A stretch of 62,017 nt of DNA, the filler included. It is 4 parts of 4 records of this genome, joined end to end, with 100 filler letters (N's around TTAATTAATTAA, not from the genome) between each part and the next. Parts side by side here need not be neighbours in the genome. Positions count along the whole stretch, not along the records: positions 1 to 9,740 come from SRR31156797_9023; positions 9,841 to 37,875 come from SRR31156797_9035; 2 more parts are not named here. One strand, written 5' to 3'. Positions 9,651-18,988 of the stretch are shown here, one piece after another. Below the pieces are notes generated by a model, which saw nothing but the letters and a program-made list of their open reading frames with translations, was not told the DNA's origin and did no database searches. How positions within the stretch are numbered: position 1 is the stretch's first letter; each line of letters opens with the position of its first letter. Both the position numbers and the translations under genes were made by a program.

Positions 9651-9690
9651 TTGGGTATCCGTTATTGGGTTATTCGTTATTGAGTTATTA
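9651..9690. repeat. GTTATT short tandem repeats downstream of thiS
   Basis: GTTATTGG GTTATTC GTTATTGA GTTATTA, the same unit type as at 6129-6300. Confidence 0.5.
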
Positions 9691-9740
9691 AATTCTTTCC
9701 AATAATATTTGTGTTTTTATTGGCAAAATATTTCACGCAA

Positions 9741-9840
9741 NNNNNNNNNNNNNNNNNNNNNNNNNNNNNNNNNNNNNNNNNNNNTTAATTAATTAANNNN
9801 NNNNNNNNNNNNNNNNNNNNNNNNNNNNNNNNNNNNNNNN
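9741..9840. other. Artificial contig spacer (N-run with TTAATTAATTAA)
   Basis: 100-nt N block with a six-frame stop linker. Gene style changes across it. Confidence 0.99.
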
Positions 9841-10374
9841 AGCGTAGACTCCGGGTAAGCGTAGACTCCGTGGGGTGTTGCTGAAGTTACGACAAAACAG
9901 ACAACTTTCAAGCTACTTGAAATCAATATTACTCTGCTCCATTAAACTTTTGGCCAGTGTTTTTTAAGTTGTGTTCATATGATGAGCTTGATATTCTTAC
10001 AGAAAGATTGGTCTCAGCCCTGAACGTAATACTGTGCAACAGAGTCTTGATTCCAGTCAGAACTGCGACGACATAGCCGGTTATAGTGGCTTATTTTATT
10101 TCACAGCGTTTATCCCTTTTGCCCCTAAATGGAATCGTTGCCCTAAAGGGAAAGAGCATTATGTTGCAATATCCGGGTACTTTCGAAGAATCTTTGGCCG
10201 TTGAAGCATAACATCCCACCGATTATGTAGACATCGAGAACTGACGCGTTCCTTTCTGTATTTCCTCTCCGAAGAAACCTTTAGCGTGAATACAGTAATC
10301 GGCAGGAGCGTTGCGTCCAGAGGGACGAGATGCGGGTGGGTACTTAATAAATATACTAAACTGTAGGTAGTAAC

Positions 10375-13300
10375 GTGGCAATATACGAATATAGTCTTGA
10401 AAAGGATACCCTGATAATCCGAACAGGACATGGGCAATTCAAGTATAAAATAGAGAACGCAGAATTGCTTAATATGGCAGATCAAATTGCCAGTGAGGTT
10501 ATCAGCGAACTGCAAAATATTGATCACGGAAAGCCCTCCACTAGGGATGACTTAAGTGACTACGCAAAGCTGATGCTTACCACACTCAACATTTGTGAAA
10601 AACACATCACTCTCAAAAACAAATACGACCAGTTAAATCAGACATTTAGATCAATGAAACAGGTGTTATCCAACCTGGAGAACTCAAATGATTCAGTGGC
10701 AGCAAAACGACCAGAGAACAGCTCAAAGATAGGATATACACCTGTCCAGACCAGTAAAAGGTCTGATACATCAAGAGCAGCCAAAGATTCCCCCAGAGAA
10801 GGCATTACCAATAATACAACTCACCAGCCAAACAACTACACCACTGGTCAGACAACTTATACAGCGAAAACATATACAAAGAAGGATGCAGCATCCACCG
10901 CAGATAAAAACACCCTGGAAACCAAACCGGAAAAACCTGCCACCACCACTTCATCATCAAATCCGGAACCTGCTAAAACCAGCGTTTCTCCTGCACCCAG
11001 CGAAGCAGGTGATAAGAAAAATACCCCTCGTACTGAACACGCTGCAGACATTGGTACGTCATTAATCAAAGATAAAAAAAGCTCTCTGGAAAAAACTAAT
11101 TCAAGGGAACCATTTCAGTCAATAAACCCTTCGGCACACTATCAATCTGAACCTTCGGCTAAAAAACCCATCTTACAATCAGCAGGTGGTGCACTGCCCA
11201 CGAACCTTACTCCTGATGTCCCACTTTCACCATCCTCAACAGCCAACCTTGAGAGACAGAAAAAAAACGGCCAGCTTGTACATTCAAATGGTGTTAACGA
11301 CAGGTTAGCTACCAACCACAGGGAAATGAATCCTGACCCCAGCGCCAATACAACTGTCACAAACACAAAGCAACCTGCAACACCTGAAGCGTCGGTACAA
11401 CCGGAAAAGGATGGAAGACAGGAAAAGGTTGTCCCCTCCCGACAATCGGAGGATTCAGTACGCACCCCAAACCATGACAAAAGCATAAATACTACCAAAC
11501 AAGTGCCTCATAACCCTTATCAGAATAGGCCTAGTTCCCATCAATCATTACATGGCTCATTGCCAGGCCAAGCTGTTTCTCCGCCGCCGGCACTTAATTC
11601 TGACCACCAAAGTGTATCCAATCCCTCCATGTCGCAGGATACCAAATCCATTGAGGACAGTAACAAAGCCAAATCAATTCCTTCACCCGTGGTAAAAAAG
11701 TATTCAGTAACCGCTGCTACGGGGCCGATAACAAATGGCTCCCAGGTAAAAAAAGAATTCTCCGTTGAAAAGATACCGGAAACTTCCTTGAAGTTACCAA
11801 GGGCTGCTGCTAAGCCGGAAACACTATTGAACAATGACAAAATTGCGCTTACAGAAGCCCCCCGTACCCAGGAACCAGAGGAGAAGGACAGCCTCGCGAA
11901 ACAGCCTCTATCAACCTCTCTCGCCGACAAGGAAACGGTATCAACGCCCACGGTTGTACCTTCAGATTCCTTTGCGTCAGCAGCGGATGTATCCGAGGAG
12001 GCCAATGAAGACATTCCAACTCCAGCCCCTTCCTATATCATAAACACTCCTGAACAGACCTGTAATCCCTCCTTATCTGCAGACACACCTGATTATGATT
12101 CAGGAGAATATGTACTTCCACAACTTTCTTTTCTAAAAAACACCAGCAGCGAAAGCGAAATTGACCGAAAGCGAATTCGTTCTGACGCTGAACTTCTTGA
12201 GAAAAAACTCGGCTATTTTGGCATTAAGGGTGAGGTCATGGGTATCTCTCCCGGTCCGGTCATCACCACCTATGAATACAAGCCGGATCCTGGGATTAAG
12301 ATCAGCAAAATTGTCAATCTGGCTGATGATCTTGCGTTGGCCTTAAGTGCATTCAGCATCCGTATCGTAGCACCCATCCCAGGTAAGGATGTTATGGGTA
12401 TTGAGATCCCTAATATCAAAAAGAGCCTTGTCCCTTTTATTGATATCGTCACATCCGATGCTTTTACCCAGTGCCCCTCAAAAGTCCCCATCTGTCTTGG
12501 CAAGGATATCATCGGCAACCCGGTTGTGGTGGAACTCGAATCCATGCCCCACCTCCTCATCGCCGGTGCGACTGGTACAGGAAAGAGTGTAGGCCTTAAT
12601 GCCATGATAACGAGTATTCTCTATAAGGCCTCGCCTGACGAAGTAAAATTTCTGATGATTGACCCAAAACGGATTGAGCTCTCATTTTATAATGATATCC
12701 CTCACCTGCTCACCCCGGTAATCACAGATATGAACAAGGCCAATACCGCCCTTCAATGGATGGTCCGGGAGATGGACAGGCGCTATAACCTTCTGGCCCA
12801 TTTCCAGGTCAGGCATATTGGGCAGTTTAACCAGAAACTTGCCGCGTCCCCATCACCCCAGTACAGTGAAGATGGAGAAAAACTAGAGGCTCTCCCCTTC
12901 ATTGTCGTCATTATTGATGAATTGGCAGACTTGATGATGACCGCTTCACGGGACATTGAATTCTCTCTGACCCGTCTCGCACAAATGGCACGAGCCGCCG
13001 GCATTCACCTGATCCTTGCAACCCAGAGGCCTTCGGTGGACGTACTGACCGGTATCATAAAGGCCAATTTTCCGACGAGGATATCCTTTCAAGTCTCATC
13101 AAAAACGGACTCCCGGACTATTATCGATTCCAACGGTGCGGAAACGCTGCTTGGAAATGGGGATATGCTCTTTGTGCCGCCGGGAACAGCAAGACTGACA
13201 AGGGTTCACGGCACCTATCTTTCCGAAGATGAGCTTTCTGATATTACATCATTTATTAAAAAACAGCGGAAACCTGAATACATTTTTGATGTAATCACCG

Positions 13301-13545
13301 AACAGGAACCTCACGAAAGTGAGTCCGGCACTATGGATGATGAATATGACGAAAAATACAACGAAGCTCTTGAGGTGGTACTCACCACCCGTCAAGCATC
13401 AATATCCAGTATTCAGCGAGCCTTAAGGGTCGGGTATAACCGTGCTGCCAGAATTGTTGATCTCATGGAAAAGAAGGGAGTTGTCGGTCCGTCTGATGGC
13501 GTCCGACCACGCAAAGTCCTGACAAACAATATGAATATGATGTAA
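10375..13545 (+). CDS. ftsK: FtsK/SpoIIIE DNA translocase lacking a TM domain, with a ZapA-like N-terminus and long disordered linker
   Basis: Alpha domain from ~aa 579 (YVLPQL, GPVITTYE), Walker A GATGTGKS, MIDPK, Walker B IIDELADL, ARAAGIHLILATQRPSVDV, and gamma domain QRALRVGYNRAARIVD. No hydrophobic TM segments. GTG start. Confidence 0.93.
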   Translation: MAIYEYSLEKDTLIIRTGHGQFKYKIENAELLNMADQIASEVISELQNIDHGKPSTRDDLSDYAKLMLTTLNICEKHITLKNKYDQLNQTFRSMKQVLSNLENSNDSVAAKRPENSSKIGYTPVQTSKRSDTSRAAKDSPREGITNNTTHQPNNYTTGQTTYTAKTYTKKDAASTADKNTLETKPEKPATTTSSSNPEPAKTSVSPAPSEAGDKKNTPRTEHAADIGTSLIKDKKSSLEKTNSREPFQSINPSAHYQSEPSAKKPILQSAGGALPTNLTPDVPLSPSSTANLERQKKNGQLVHSNGVNDRLATNHREMNPDPSANTTVTNTKQPATPEASVQPEKDGRQEKVVPSRQSEDSVRTPNHDKSINTTKQVPHNPYQNRPSSHQSLHGSLPGQAVSPPPALNSDHQSVSNPSMSQDTKSIEDSNKAKSIPSPVVKKYSVTAATGPITNGSQVKKEFSVEKIPETSLKLPRAAAKPETLLNNDKIALTEAPRTQEPEEKDSLAKQPLSTSLADKETVSTPTVVPSDSFASAADVSEEANEDIPTPAPSYIINTPEQTCNPSLSADTPDYDSGEYVLPQLSFLKNTSSESEIDRKRIRSDAELLEKKLGYFGIKGEVMGISPGPVITTYEYKPDPGIKISKIVNLADDLALALSAFSIRIVAPIPGKDVMGIEIPNIKKSLVPFIDIVTSDAFTQCPSKVPICLGKDIIGNPVVVELESMPHLLIAGATGTGKSVGLNAMITSILYKASPDEVKFLMIDPKRIELSFYNDIPHLLTPVITDMNKANTALQWMVREMDRRYNLLAHFQVRHIGQFNQKLAASPSPQYSEDGEKLEALPFIVVIIDELADLMMTASRDIEFSLTRLAQMARAAGIHLILATQRPSVDVLTGIIKANFPTRISFQVSSKTDSRTIIDSNGAETLLGNGDMLFVPPGTARLTRVHGTYLSEDELSDITSFIKKQRKPEYIFDVITEQEPHESESGTMDDEYDEKYNEALEVVLTTRQASISSIQRALRVGYNRAARIVDLMEKKGVVGPSDGVRPRKVLTNNMNMM

Positions 13546-13578
13546 GATACGCACAGACTTAAGGATGCTTTGAAAAAT

Positions 13579-14320
13579 TCATTTTTTCGAAAAGCAGACT
13601 TCAAGCAAACTCACTGCTTTCCGCCAAGCGCCATATGATAGCCAAGCCTGCAAATTATTGCCTTGGCTATATGAAGGAGTAATGGTTGCTGAATCGTAAC
13701 CAAAAATCGAATACGCCCTTTGGTCCCAGATAAGGGTATTGTTTTCTAAGTTCAGATTCCATAAACCCTGGTTTGTAGAGACAATTGCAAGGTTAAGCCG
13801 TTCTTCACTCTCCGACAAAGTCTCAAGGGCCTTGTTTCATTGAGCATCAAGTTTGCTGTGGTGAAGCAACCAAGTACTTAAACTCGCTCAAATGTACCTG
13901 CTTTTCACCCATTCGGACCGCTTTTAGTGCTGCCGTTTCGAACAATGACGTAAATACTTTAATATTCCGTTCGAGGTAGGAAGAACCAATTCGAGTCAAA
14001 AATATCTCTCCCTGATTAGAGCTATGAGTTCATCCTTATTTTTGGTATCGCGTTACTCTTCGTACAGATGTTGACAAGTTACTACAGCCTCATATACCCG
14101 GTTTTTGATGTTATCTTTAATTCCCTGTTCAGTGGTGTCCCGCCTAAATGTAATATGCTGAATAACCTGGCCGACGACGCTCTTAAGCTTGTTTCGTTGT
14201 TCGATTACTTTCGAGTCCCGCAGTAGTTGTTAATCCTCTTCAAATCCACTTGACTCCGACTTGGTCCAGAAAAACCCTATAGTAACAGCCATAAACAACG
14301 CTGCTCCTAATACCGTATCA
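13579..14320 (-). pseudogene. Degraded Cache/PAS sensor kinase
   Basis: The - strand reads TM-like LGAALFMAVTIGFFW, then ...IKDNIKNRVYEAVVTCQHLYEE*RDTKNKDELIALIR (Cache-like, with in-frame stops), then ...HLSEFKYL and a PAS start SESEERLNLAIVSTNQGLWNLNL..LIWD that is truncated. Confidence 0.65.
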
Positions 14321-14429
14321 TACCTATTAACTACAAAACAATATACTCACCTACAGCACTGTATCGACACTCGGATTGTTTGGCCTTGAGATGTGGCTCT
14401 GTTTATTTGGAAATCATTCGATAATTGAG

Positions 14430-15767
14430 TTACTCCGCTTTAACTTCAATCCCGCTCATTGTTTTATACAACGGTGCTCCATGCATAACGGTAAAGATTG
14501 TATCCATGGCCGCATTCACCTCTGTAAGGTTAGCAGCAGATAAGCACTGATAAAGAGTACTTTCTGCATCGCATTGGAATATGGTTGAAAAGCGATACCT
14601 TTCTCTACCCCAGGAAAGGGATGACGGTGTTGTGTAATGGGTTTCAAAGTCCAATAATTCCTTCGTACTTGAGTTATACCAATAGACCTTGATGCCGGGA
14701 TTATTATTATGCAAAGGGGTAACCCCTGGAGCAGAAACAGCCACTTCTGTAATTTTTGTACCATTAACATCATACAGTCGACGTACTTCATCCATATGGG
14801 TATGTCCATACAAAATACCAGTAATCTCGGCCTGATATTCCTCCACCATACTCAAAAATTGGTGCAACCAATTATTGCTGGGCAAAGGTAACTCGGCCCA
14901 CATATGTGTCGGCGTTTTGTCATGAGCCACAGCGTAAGCATTCCTACCCGGTGGAATATGCATGATGATATGGACCTTCTCGTTATTTAACCTGGCTGCA
15001 GCAAGCTCAGTGCGTAACCAACTCATTTGGGTATTGCCAGCATCCACTTGATTCACGCCATCAACCTGGTAATATCTTTGCCCAAGAATAATAGAATTAA
15101 GCGCAATTACTCGTAAGCCATCTATTGGCCGAGCAGAATAATAGCCCATTTGTGGATGTGGATTCGATACGATACAAGGAGTCCTGCCACAGGCTCGCGC
15201 ACTGTTTAAAACCGGGTACCCATTTACAGGATCTTCCGCAAGGTTTAATGGCGTTTCATTTTTACTGTCTGCGAACGAATAATAATCTCCGGCCAAAGAA
15301 TCGTTATTGCCGGGAACGAAAAGAAGTGGAATGTTAGTGCCGTCTACTATTTGCCGCAGGTCAACTAAGATTTTGGCAATATTTTTGCTGTGTGCCGAAC
15401 GTTGTTCAGGAGGAATAAAACACGTCTTGTCACAATCATAATGTGCGGCCAAGTCACCAGTATAGACAATAAATTTCGGGGCTGGATTCTGTTGAATAAT
15501 CTCTGTTAATTTGACCTTCGTCTTCGCCCAGAGCTGCCCTCCCGTATCATCACCGTAGTCTATGGTTGTGGCGTTCGAATCAAAATGCACATCCGAGACT
15601 TGAATAAAATATGGGTCACCTGAAATATTTGCGGAATCTTCTCTTGAGGATTCAAATCTTAAAAACGAATCAGTATTTTTTGTAGCTTGTTGAGTTTGCC
15701 AACCATTACCACAGCTGCCGAGGAGTAAAATAAGTACTGAACCGATCACTAGTCTGGGAAAAATCAA
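14430..15767 (-). CDS. Calcineurin-like metallophosphoesterase lipoprotein, acid-sphingomyelinase-like
   Basis: Lipobox LGSC with SDVH, YTGD, PGNND, MHIPPG, YGHTHMDE and PGVTP..NNNPG motifs. Confidence 0.85.
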   Translation of the reverse strand: MIFPRLVIGSVLILLLGSCGNGWQTQQATKNTDSFLRFESSREDSANISGDPYFIQVSDVHFDSNATTIDYGDDTGGQLWAKTKVKLTEIIQQNPAPKFIVYTGDLAAHYDCDKTCFIPPEQRSAHSKNIAKILVDLRQIVDGTNIPLLFVPGNNDSLAGDYYSFADSKNETPLNLAEDPVNGYPVLNSARACGRTPCIVSNPHPQMGYYSARPIDGLRVIALNSIILGQRYYQVDGVNQVDAGNTQMSWLRTELAAARLNNEKVHIIMHIPPGRNAYAVAHDKTPTHMWAELPLPSNNWLHQFLSMVEEYQAEITGILYGHTHMDEVRRLYDVNGTKITEVAVSAPGVTPLHNNNPGIKVYWYNSSTKELLDFETHYTTPSSLSWGRERYRFSTIFQCDAESTLYQCLSAANLTEVNAAMDTIFTVMHGAPLYKTMSGIEVKAE

Positions 15768-16012
15768 AGCAAGCCCTCTGGTCTCAATAAATCATCGAAA
15801 AATTTCGTCTCAAACAGCTCAAACGTTCTCTCCAGCAATAAAGTAAGGTGACAAACCGCTAAAGCCGAAATAAAAGTAATCAAAAGTTGGGCTGCTAAAT
15901 CTCCTGCCGAGGAAGGGAACCAAAATTGAGCAAAACCCGTACATAGCAATGGCCCTCTAATAATATTTTCACATTTCACAAAAGAGCTGGCTTCTCCAGA
16001 TAAGGCTATCCT

Positions 16013-16276
16013 ATGAAAATTCGATTATCCCCAACTGAATTCGGTCTCCCCTCCAGAACCGTCGTCGAGCAGGCTGCCGATAACACCATCGCCATCGTCG
16101 TTGACCGAAAAAGCAGAATCATCATGAAAGATGGAAAAAGGATTATGGACAAGTTCAACACGATTAAACGACATCATCCGACTGCAACTTTTGTTCTCAA
16201 AACCACAGCACCGATTTGTAGCAAAACAAAAACTTTTCTCGAAAACGAAGGGATCAGCATTATCCCTATGCATTGA
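16013..16276 (+). CDS. Small hypothetical protein (87 aa, alpha/beta)
   Basis: Clean ATG ORF with upstream AAGG and a protein-like sequence (DRKSRIIMKDG, APICSKT...EGI). Confidence 0.65.
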   Translation: MKIRLSPTEFGLPSRTVVEQAADNTIAIVVDRKSRIIMKDGKRIMDKFNTIKRHHPTATFVLKTTAPICSKTKTFLENEGISIIPMH

Positions 16277-16323
16277 CGTTCGTGCAATCGGTGTCCCCAA
16301 ACAGTCTACGTCAGGACACCTTT

Positions 16324-16746
16324 TCACCTCACAACATGCCGATATATCATCACGCACCATGAGAAGGTGTACCTAACACCAACCATTACTAATTGCAGCC
16401 ATGTTGAATCAATGTGGACTTCAGCCATCGGCTGGAAAGATGCAGAATGCTCTCTTTCGCTGACAAACACAAGACGATATTTTGCTTCAAAGGTAACGGT
16501 TTCAGAATATTTCCAGTTGACTCCGGCAAGCAACTGAGATCCGAAAACGGTATCAGGCTCATCTGAATCAATTCCTGGGCTCGTATCGGTTGATATTGGG
16601 TCAAAGTCTACATTATGTTTTGCATTAACAACACCGATTCCGCCACCAAAAAATGGGGTAATTACTGGATTCATAACGACAAACAGCACCACAAAGGACT
16701 CTAAGTTTGAAAACCAGGGAAAGGTAAAAACATCCTGTCTGTGCAT
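16324..16746 (-). pseudogene. Fragment of an opacity/OmpA-like outer-membrane beta-barrel
   Basis: ITPFFGGGIG, FGSQLLAGVNW, FEAKYR and MVGVRYTF barrel strands. No signal peptide, and the frame reads through past the expected terminal Phe. Confidence 0.55.
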
Positions 16747-17103
16747 TACTATGATTCAAAATAAATTCGCTTTAACAACTATACTAGCTTATGAAAAAAA
16801 AATGATTGAAGTCAAATTTATTAAAAAAACAAGGCAGATAGGAGGGCGACTGTTATGAAATGATCCAGCAGCGTATGTTGCAAGAAAACATCTCTACAAA
16901 AAGTAGAAGGGACAAAGCAAGTTAATCCATCAGCATTTAATTTCGCCCTGCCGTTATTCGATACGTGTCTCAAGAACAGGAAAATTGACAAGGGATGGGA
17001 ACTGAACAATGTGCTGGGGAAGGTCTAGTACTACTTTCTCAAGGGAAAGCAAATTCTCGATTAAATGAGGTCCAAATAAAAGGAAAATAAAAGCTGCCTG
17101 CGG

Positions 17104-17781
17104 CTACACTCTTCGTTTATCTAAACTCCAGCGCCGATATTCAGAAAACGGTTGATTCCCATGCTGAATAAACATACTCAACGAGTCAAACCTGCATGGA
17201 ATTTGTAATGCTGGAGTAAACCGCGTCAATAGTTCGTACTTAAGAGGCTTAAAATGACTGGAGTCCTGCACATTACCGGTGAGAGTGAGATGGAACCGAA
17301 ACTCATCAAGCACATAGGGATACCCCCACTTAAGCAGTAATTGATCCTGCCGTGCAGTCAAACCCGGTGCCCGGCGGCGCGCAATCTCATCTTCTCCAGC
17401 CGGTTTCCTGAAATGATCAAACCATTTTACAGTTGCAGCGGAAAAATATTTCAACTCGCCGGAATAACCGATGGGTCGCAGGCAAAAAAATGTACCTATT
17501 TGCGCTACTTCCATACAGGGCAGAGAAAATGGCATGTTCTGTTCTTCCGCAGCAAAGAGAGTCAGTTCACGTTCAACATCTTCAAGTACGTAGCCTGGTC
17601 TCAACTGGAAAGGCGGTTTGATGGTCGCATGAAACCCATAGTGATTGGGCACTGAAAGCAACCGGCGAACTTCTTCACCCACTATCCCGCCAACTGTACC
17701 CTTTTCCCCATTCAACCAGTCGGCAGCAGCTCTCCCCAATGGAGTAGTATGCTCAGGTGCCCAATAAAGTGCTATTCTCAT
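17104..17781 (-). CDS. DUF1045 phosphonate-operon protein (2H phosphoesterase-like)
   Basis: R.ALYWAP, YGFHATIKPPF and WGYPYVLDEFRFHLTLT (two HxT motifs). Last gene of the phn operon. Confidence 0.88.
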   Translation of the reverse strand: MRIALYWAPEHTTPLGRAAADWLNGEKGTVGGIVGEEVRRLLSVPNHYGFHATIKPPFQLRPGYVLEDVERELTLFAAEEQNMPFSLPCMEVAQIGTFFCLRPIGYSGELKYFSAATVKWFDHFRKPAGEDEIARRRAPGLTARQDQLLLKWGYPYVLDEFRFHLTLTGNVQDSSHFKPLKYELLTRFTPALQIPCRFDSLSMFIQHGNQPFSEYRRWSLDKRRV

Positions 17782-17801
17782 AATGAATGAGTGCGGTATA
17801 T

Positions 17802-18344
17802 TTAAAAAAAGTGGAGCTGTTCCAGGAGGGAAATAAACTTTTGCGTACTCTGGTGAAGCTCTGCAGAATTATCAAAAGTAATATAGTCACGAGCACCCAA
17901 CTGTTTCTGCGACCGTTGCAACCTTACCCTGATAGCCTCGGCTGATTCTCTGCCACGGCCTGTTAATCGTTGTTCAAGAACCTCTGGACGTGCTGTTATA
18001 AAAATCGTGATAGGATTTAAGCAATGGTTTTGAAAATCTGCAATAACAGATCGAGAAATAGACGTAATTGTTGTCTGCCTCCCATATTCCTCACCTATTT
18101 CATGATGAGGAATACCGTAACAGTTGCCATGAGCACGCCAGCTGGACAAAAAAAAGGACGACTTTTCAAGTAACTCAAAGCCATTCTTATCTACATAATA
18201 GTTGTCTTCGTTCACATCTGGCGGCCGGGTAATATATCTTCGGGCAAAGCCAAGAGTCGGATTATTGGTGAACTGCTTTCGAGCTGCACGCAGCAGCGTA
18301 TCCTTACCAGCCCCGCTTGGTCCCACCACTAGTATAACTCTCAT
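17802..18344 (-). CDS. phnN: Ribose 1,5-bisphosphate phosphokinase
   Basis: VVGPSGAGKDTL, RRYITR, W.AHG..YGIP and RGRES. Confidence 0.92.
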   Translation of the reverse strand: MRVILVVGPSGAGKDTLLRAARKQFTNNPTLGFARRYITRPPDVNEDNYYVDKNGFELLEKSSFFLSSWRAHGNCYGIPHHEIGEEYGRQTTITSISRSVIADFQNHCLNPITIFITARPEVLEQRLTGRGRESAEAIRVRLQRSQKQLGARDYITFDNSAELHQSTQKFISLLEQLHFF

Positions 18345-18988
18345 GGCGTGTCACCATACAGCGCGATGAAGTTTCTCATATCACGAAAATCATCTATTCG
18401 GACTTTTATGGTTTGATGATCCCAGTCCCACCAGCCTGTTTTTTCTATTTGCTGCCAAATCGCATCCGGAAAACGCTTCCGCATCTTCTTGGCAGGAGAA
18501 CCTGCAACAATGGTGTAGGGAGCAACATCATGGGTAACAATTGCTCCAGCCCCTATTACGGCGCCATTACCAATGGTAACTCCCGGCATGATAATCGCCT
18601 TATGCCCAACCCAGACATCATTGCCGATCTCGACTTTTTGTAACCTGCGCCAGGAGAAATAACTCTTATCATCATGCTCCTTAAAACCATATTGCTTCAT
18701 CCGATACAAAAAATGATGCTGACTTACCCATTCAAGAGGATGGTTTCCTGGATTTATACGCACGTCCGAGGCAATGTTCACAAATTTCCCAATATTGGCG
18801 TAAATCAATTCGCAACGTTCCATCACGTAAGAATAATCACCAAGAGTGCACTCCTGTATGTTCACCTGACTGGCAACCTCTGTATATCGGCCAAATTGAC
18901 ATGAGCGTACAATTGCTCCAGCAGCGATGGTCGGAGATTCGCTCAGAGCTGCTGCATCATCATCATTCACTATCCCCACCCCTCTCAT
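18341..18988 (-). CDS. Hexapeptide-repeat acetyltransferase, phosphonate-metabolism type
   Basis: LGDYSY, RINPGNHP, IGNDVWVGH..IIMPGVTIGNGAVIGAGAIVT and WWDW. Confidence 0.88.
   Translation of the reverse strand: MRGVGIVNDDDAAALSESPTIAAGAIVRSCQFGRYTEVASQVNIQECTLGDYSYVMERCELIYANIGKFVNIASDVRINPGNHPLEWVSQHHFLYRMKQYGFKEHDDKSYFSWRRLQKVEIGNDVWVGHKAIIMPGVTIGNGAVIGAGAIVTHDVAPYTIVAGSPAKKMRKRFPDAIWQQIEKTGWWDWDHQTIKVRIDDFRDMRNFIALYGDTP

Noticed and set aside
9785-9796. TTAATTAATTAA palindrome repeated three times in the window
   Set aside because: It is a synthetic six-frame-stop linker inside the N spacers.
9841-10047. 13-bp direct repeat AGCGTAGACTCCG (x2) and weak TGTTGC/GCAACA inverted ends, suggesting a CRISPR or MITE
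   Set aside because: Only two short copies at a contig edge with no spacers or cas genes. The inverted match is too short to support an IS end.
10857-13004. Several antisense ORFs of 70-157 aa inside ftsK, and similar ones inside AOR, phn and other genes
   Set aside because: They are shadow ORFs of well-supported genes, with no motifs.
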